Below, in pieces: positions 60,098-64,000 of a stretch of 64,000 nucleotides of DNA. The number at the start of each line of letters is the position of its first letter. Within the stretch, counting starts at the first letter, position 1. This stretch comes from Phoronis australis (Eukaryota > Animalia > Phoronida), in the NCBI GenBank assembly GCA_002633005.1, contig NMRA01000340.1, positions 419,435 to 483,434 on the forward strand. The letters run 5' to 3'. A program made the translations under genes and the position numbers. The notes beneath the pieces are model-generated. The model was not told where the DNA came from, did no database searches, and worked only from the letters and a program-made list of their open reading frames with translations.

Positions 60098-61141
60098 CTG
60101 AAATGAGAAAATACAGACTGTTAAGCTCGTGTAACAACATAAGCATTTCATGGAACATTTCGGAGGATAGCAATTGCCTAACTAGCACTTTAAGTGTAAA
60201 CACGATTATAGCCTTTATGACGACTGCAAAGCATCACAAGTGGTCACAACACAGAATTTTAAAGGTGGGTCCAATGTATTTTCTTTTGTTGCCAATCAAT
60301 ACCATTCATTGGCAAAAATGTGTGCAACACCATAAGCAATACTTTCTGATTGACAACAAAACATACAATAAACGATTTGTACAGAAACAATTAATCAGGA
60401 ATAAAAAATTGGATATAAATAAATTTAAAAACTGCCAATGTCACCTCACTTTCGCTTTAAATATGCAAATTATAGGCCACCCGACTCAAAAAAGAAGTGA
60501 CCTTGGTCATAAGAAAACATGACTGTCCATTGCAAAAAAATGCTAATTGGTTTCAACTCCAGTCGACAGCAGCTTCTAAATCGAGACTAAATTCAGACAT
60601 CAATCTATTCCATTTTTGAGTGATCACTCCCTCTTTTGTTCAGCATCAGGATTCCGGCCAATCAACTAAGACAGTTCAAAGAGAATACTAAAACCATTCA
60701 TCAAAGTACCAGACAATGCAACCTTAACAACATTCATTTTAGCCAGTGTTTTATTCCCTTGAAGCCATTGTTACAGTAATGCAGTAATTAATCTCATCAC
60801 TTCCAGTGGTTCTATACAGGGTGTAATGGCATGCAATGTATTCTGTTCTTTGCTTATTGAAGGCGTGTTCTAATTTCAGATTAAAATAAGCTCCGTTGTT
60901 GTGACAAGTGACTTCTGGGCATGACATAGTTGTATAAAACCTGTCTGAATCACTTGCCAAGAGGCAATAGTCTGAATGGCTTGGATGCTCGGTTCTCACG
61001 TGGGAAACCCCGGTTCAAAACTCAGTGTCAATAAATTTTTCAACATTGGCGACCAACAAATGTACAACAGTGGCACGATATAGGGTATAGTGAAAACGCG
61101 CATTTTAAAATGTGTCGGTTTTTGACGGTGAAATCGACACN

Positions 61142-62144
61142 ATTGGCCAGTAAGTCCAATAATTTGGCACGTTTGGTTTTCAGATCACTGAAATGAGAAA
61201 ATACAGACTGTTAAGCTTGTGTAACAACATGAGCATTTCATGGAACATTTCGTAGGATAGCAATTGCCTACTAGCACTTTAAGTGTAAACATGATTATAG
61301 CCTTTATGGCGACTGCAAAACATCACAAGTGGTCACAACACAGAATATTAAAGGTGGGTCCAATGTATTTTCTTTTGTTGCCCATCAATACCATTCATTG
61401 ACAAAAATATGTGCAACACCATAAGCAATACTTTCTGAATGACAACAAAACATACACTAAACAATTTGTACAGAAACAATTAATTGGGAATAAAAAATTG
61501 GATATAAATAAATTACAAAACTGCCAATGTCATCTCACTTTCACTTTAAATATGCAAACTATAGGCCACCCGACTAAAAAAAGAAGTGATCTTGGTCATA
61601 AGAAAACATGACTGTCCATTGCAAAAACCTGCTAATTGGTTTCAACTCTTCGACAGCAGCTTCTAAATCGAGGCTAAATTCAAACATCAATCTATTTCAT
61701 TTTTGAGCGATCACTCCCTCTTTTGTTCAGCATCAGGATTCCGGCCAATCATCTAACACAGTTCAAAGAGAATACTAAAACCATTCATCAAAGTACCAGA
61801 GAATGGAACCTTAACAACATTCATTTTAGCCAGTGTTTTATTCCCTTGAAGCCATTGTTACAGTAATGCAGTAATTAATCTCATCTTTTCCGGTGTAATG
61901 GCATGCATTGTATTCCGTTCTTTACTTATTGTAGGCGTGTTCTAATTTCAGATTAAAATAAGCTCCGTTGTTGTGACAGGTGACTTCTGGGCATGACGTA
62001 GTTGTATTTATAAAACCTGTCTGAATCACTTGCCAAGAGGCAATAGTCTGAATGGCTGGGATGCTTGGTTCTCACACGGGAAACCTTGGTTCAAAACTCA
62101 GTGTCAATAGATTTAAATTCAACATTGGCGCCCAACAAATGTAC
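61142..62144. repeat. ~1-kb near-identical duplicate of 60052-61065 starting at an 'n' (probable haplotype overlap)
   Basis: Colinear copy with SNPs and small indels; begins immediately after the n at 61141; includes the 5' 46 nt of a BROX exon. Confidence 0.9.
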
Positions 62145-63857
62145 TACCATACACAACAGGATGTCATCACTACTCTCGGGCAGTCAGGACTTCGTAGCCA
62201 GGCTCCAAAAATTGCAGTGGATACCAAGACTACAGATGTGGCCAACCTGGGCCAGGCAGAACGGTTCATCCAGAAGGGAGAGGGTTGTTAATTCACACGT
62301 GACTTCTGGATAAGACGTAGAGTCGTATAAAGCCTCTCTAAATTGCTTGCCAAGCAGCACTTGCTTCATGTCTGAAAGGTTTGGATGTCTGGCTCTCAAG
62401 AGGAAAACCCGGCACTGGTCGAATATAGCGATCCCCGATTTTGAGAACCAGGCAATCACTGAATAACATAACCATTATTCAGTGGATGAAACTTGTTCTC
62501 AAAATAGCGAGGACAACATACGTCACCAAATCGCTTCGCGTATCTGTCACCGTGTAAAATTTGCACATTACAATCGGCAAAAAATCACTCAAAAATGCAA
62601 TAAATATGAATAAAAATTACTTCAAAGTATGAAATAAGATGTTATTTTACTTAAATGTTAGTCTTTTTTCGTCGCAAAATCCGTTTAATAATACTTTGCA
62701 CGAGTTTTTTGCAGCGACGTGACCGACATTTCAAGGCAAAATGGTCGCCGGTAAAAACAACTGGTATTTGGTTTTCAACTCAGGAGAAGACTAAACTCTC
62801 GAATTTTGGCGTGAAACTTCGTGAACTTGTAGAAGAAACCCTTGCGCACGTTATTACGTAAGTATTTTTCACTTTCGTAGACTTAAAAGTTGAAAAAGTT
62901 GCCGGTTCCCGCGACCTTCAACTTTGACCTGAATTAATTGGTACATTTCCTAATTTGCGCACATAATGAATCGTATTACGCACTAACGGGTTCATCAATG
63001 AACAATTTCAAACACTTGTTGCAAACGGGCCCTTCGTCGATTTCTGTCAATCGGGCGTATTTCTGACTCACTTCGTAGTTCCGGGTACTGCCGCTAGGGG
63101 TGCGCCTTCGAATCGCGGCGAGTTTTTGGTTCCCAAACTAAAGCATTTCAACTTTTCCTGATGAAAAGTTAATGTAAAAGAGACCCAAAAAGTAATTTTT
63201 CGTTGTGAGAACAATGATGCTCTCATTTAAGGTTCTTTTTTCCTATTTTTGCCTCACATTTTTGTAGGTCAGGCCACTAAGACCTGACTTGTGCCGGCCA
63301 GACAGGACCACCCGTACTGGCCAAGACAGTTTAGCCAGCATATGTCAAGATAGAAAATGAAAACATTTTAATTTTAGAGTAAACAAATATTACAACTGTG
63401 TATTTCTACTCCAGTGCTGTGTTTTCAACCAAAACTTTATGTTTACTACCATGAAAAACTATACATGCTATCAATATTTTTTTTACCATGAATATAGTTT
63501 TTACAAAACAATTCAGAGGTTCGTCTAGCCTGGCCTATATCTTTCAGGTAACCTTTGTTGGAAATTGCTGTGGACCAAACCAGTTGTTATTTTCTTCATC
63601 ATTTTTTCTTATAATTTCATTCCTATTTGTCAGTTTACTATAATACATATCATCAGGTCTCGCATTTCTGTCTCATCAGACTAGCTCTTGGTCCAGATCC
63701 TTCTTCTTTCCTGCTTCTACCGATTTTACTTGCAGTCAGCAAGTGAGTTTGGCTCAATACCCACTACGATGAAGATGAGGCTGTGCGCACCTTTCGGGTG
63801 ATGGACGATTTTGGTCAAGAGGACCTCGAAGTGCTGGAGTGCTCCGTTGTGTATTGG

Positions 63858-63990
63858 TATTCCACTGACTTAACAGCCCCCTTCCTTGAGGATGATACAA
63901 CTCTGTAAAGTACTCCACTGACTTAGTGAAAGTGTTTGGCCCCCCTTCCTTGAGGATGCCATAAGTCTGTAAGGCACTCCACTGATTTTC
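63858..63990. repeat. Short degenerate tandem repeat (~55-65 bp, about 2.3 copies)
   Basis: tccactgactta...cccccttccttgaggatg...tctgtaa repeated. Confidence 0.65.
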
Positions 63991-64000
63991 GATAGTCAGT

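Noticed and set aside
60103-61611. Paralogous ORFs 60103-60522 and 61411-61611 as a duplicated gene
   Set aside because: They are antisense intronic ORFs within the gap-anchored duplicate, with no recognisable protein features; an indel breaks the second copy.

Overview
Intron-rich, AT-rich animal genomic DNA, probably an invertebrate; I cannot name the species. Most ORFs in the track are spurious, and the real genes appear only when exons are spliced by hand. Four genes are present: (1) the last four coding exons of an ammonium transporter (Amt family, +, 1887-8636); (2) a complete 13-exon Mediator subunit MED17 (-, 36633-19988, ~617 aa); (3) a complete pecanex-like 4 with 9 coding exons (PCNX4, +, 38801-48508, ~1261 aa), head-to-head with MED17; (4) BROX (-, 7 exons 60097-55005, ending in CVVS; first coding exon not found). 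Introns and intergenic DNA hold degenerate LINE remnants (Hero-like, CR1/L2-like, L1/Tx1-like), a TTAA-flanked piggyBac-type element, several MITEs and tRNA-derived SINE-like pieces. Most notable: three MED17 exons are each preceded by a tandem array of decaying copies of their own 3' splice site plus exon start; an intact-looking minimal hammerhead ribozyme lies just downstream of MED17 in its sense orientation; a long hairpin with strand-biased G-U pairing lies behind the BROX stop; and two 'n'-anchored duplications look like allelic haplotypes that differ by an insertion. All coordinates and translations were read by eye, and family assignments come from recalled consensus sequences, not database searches.
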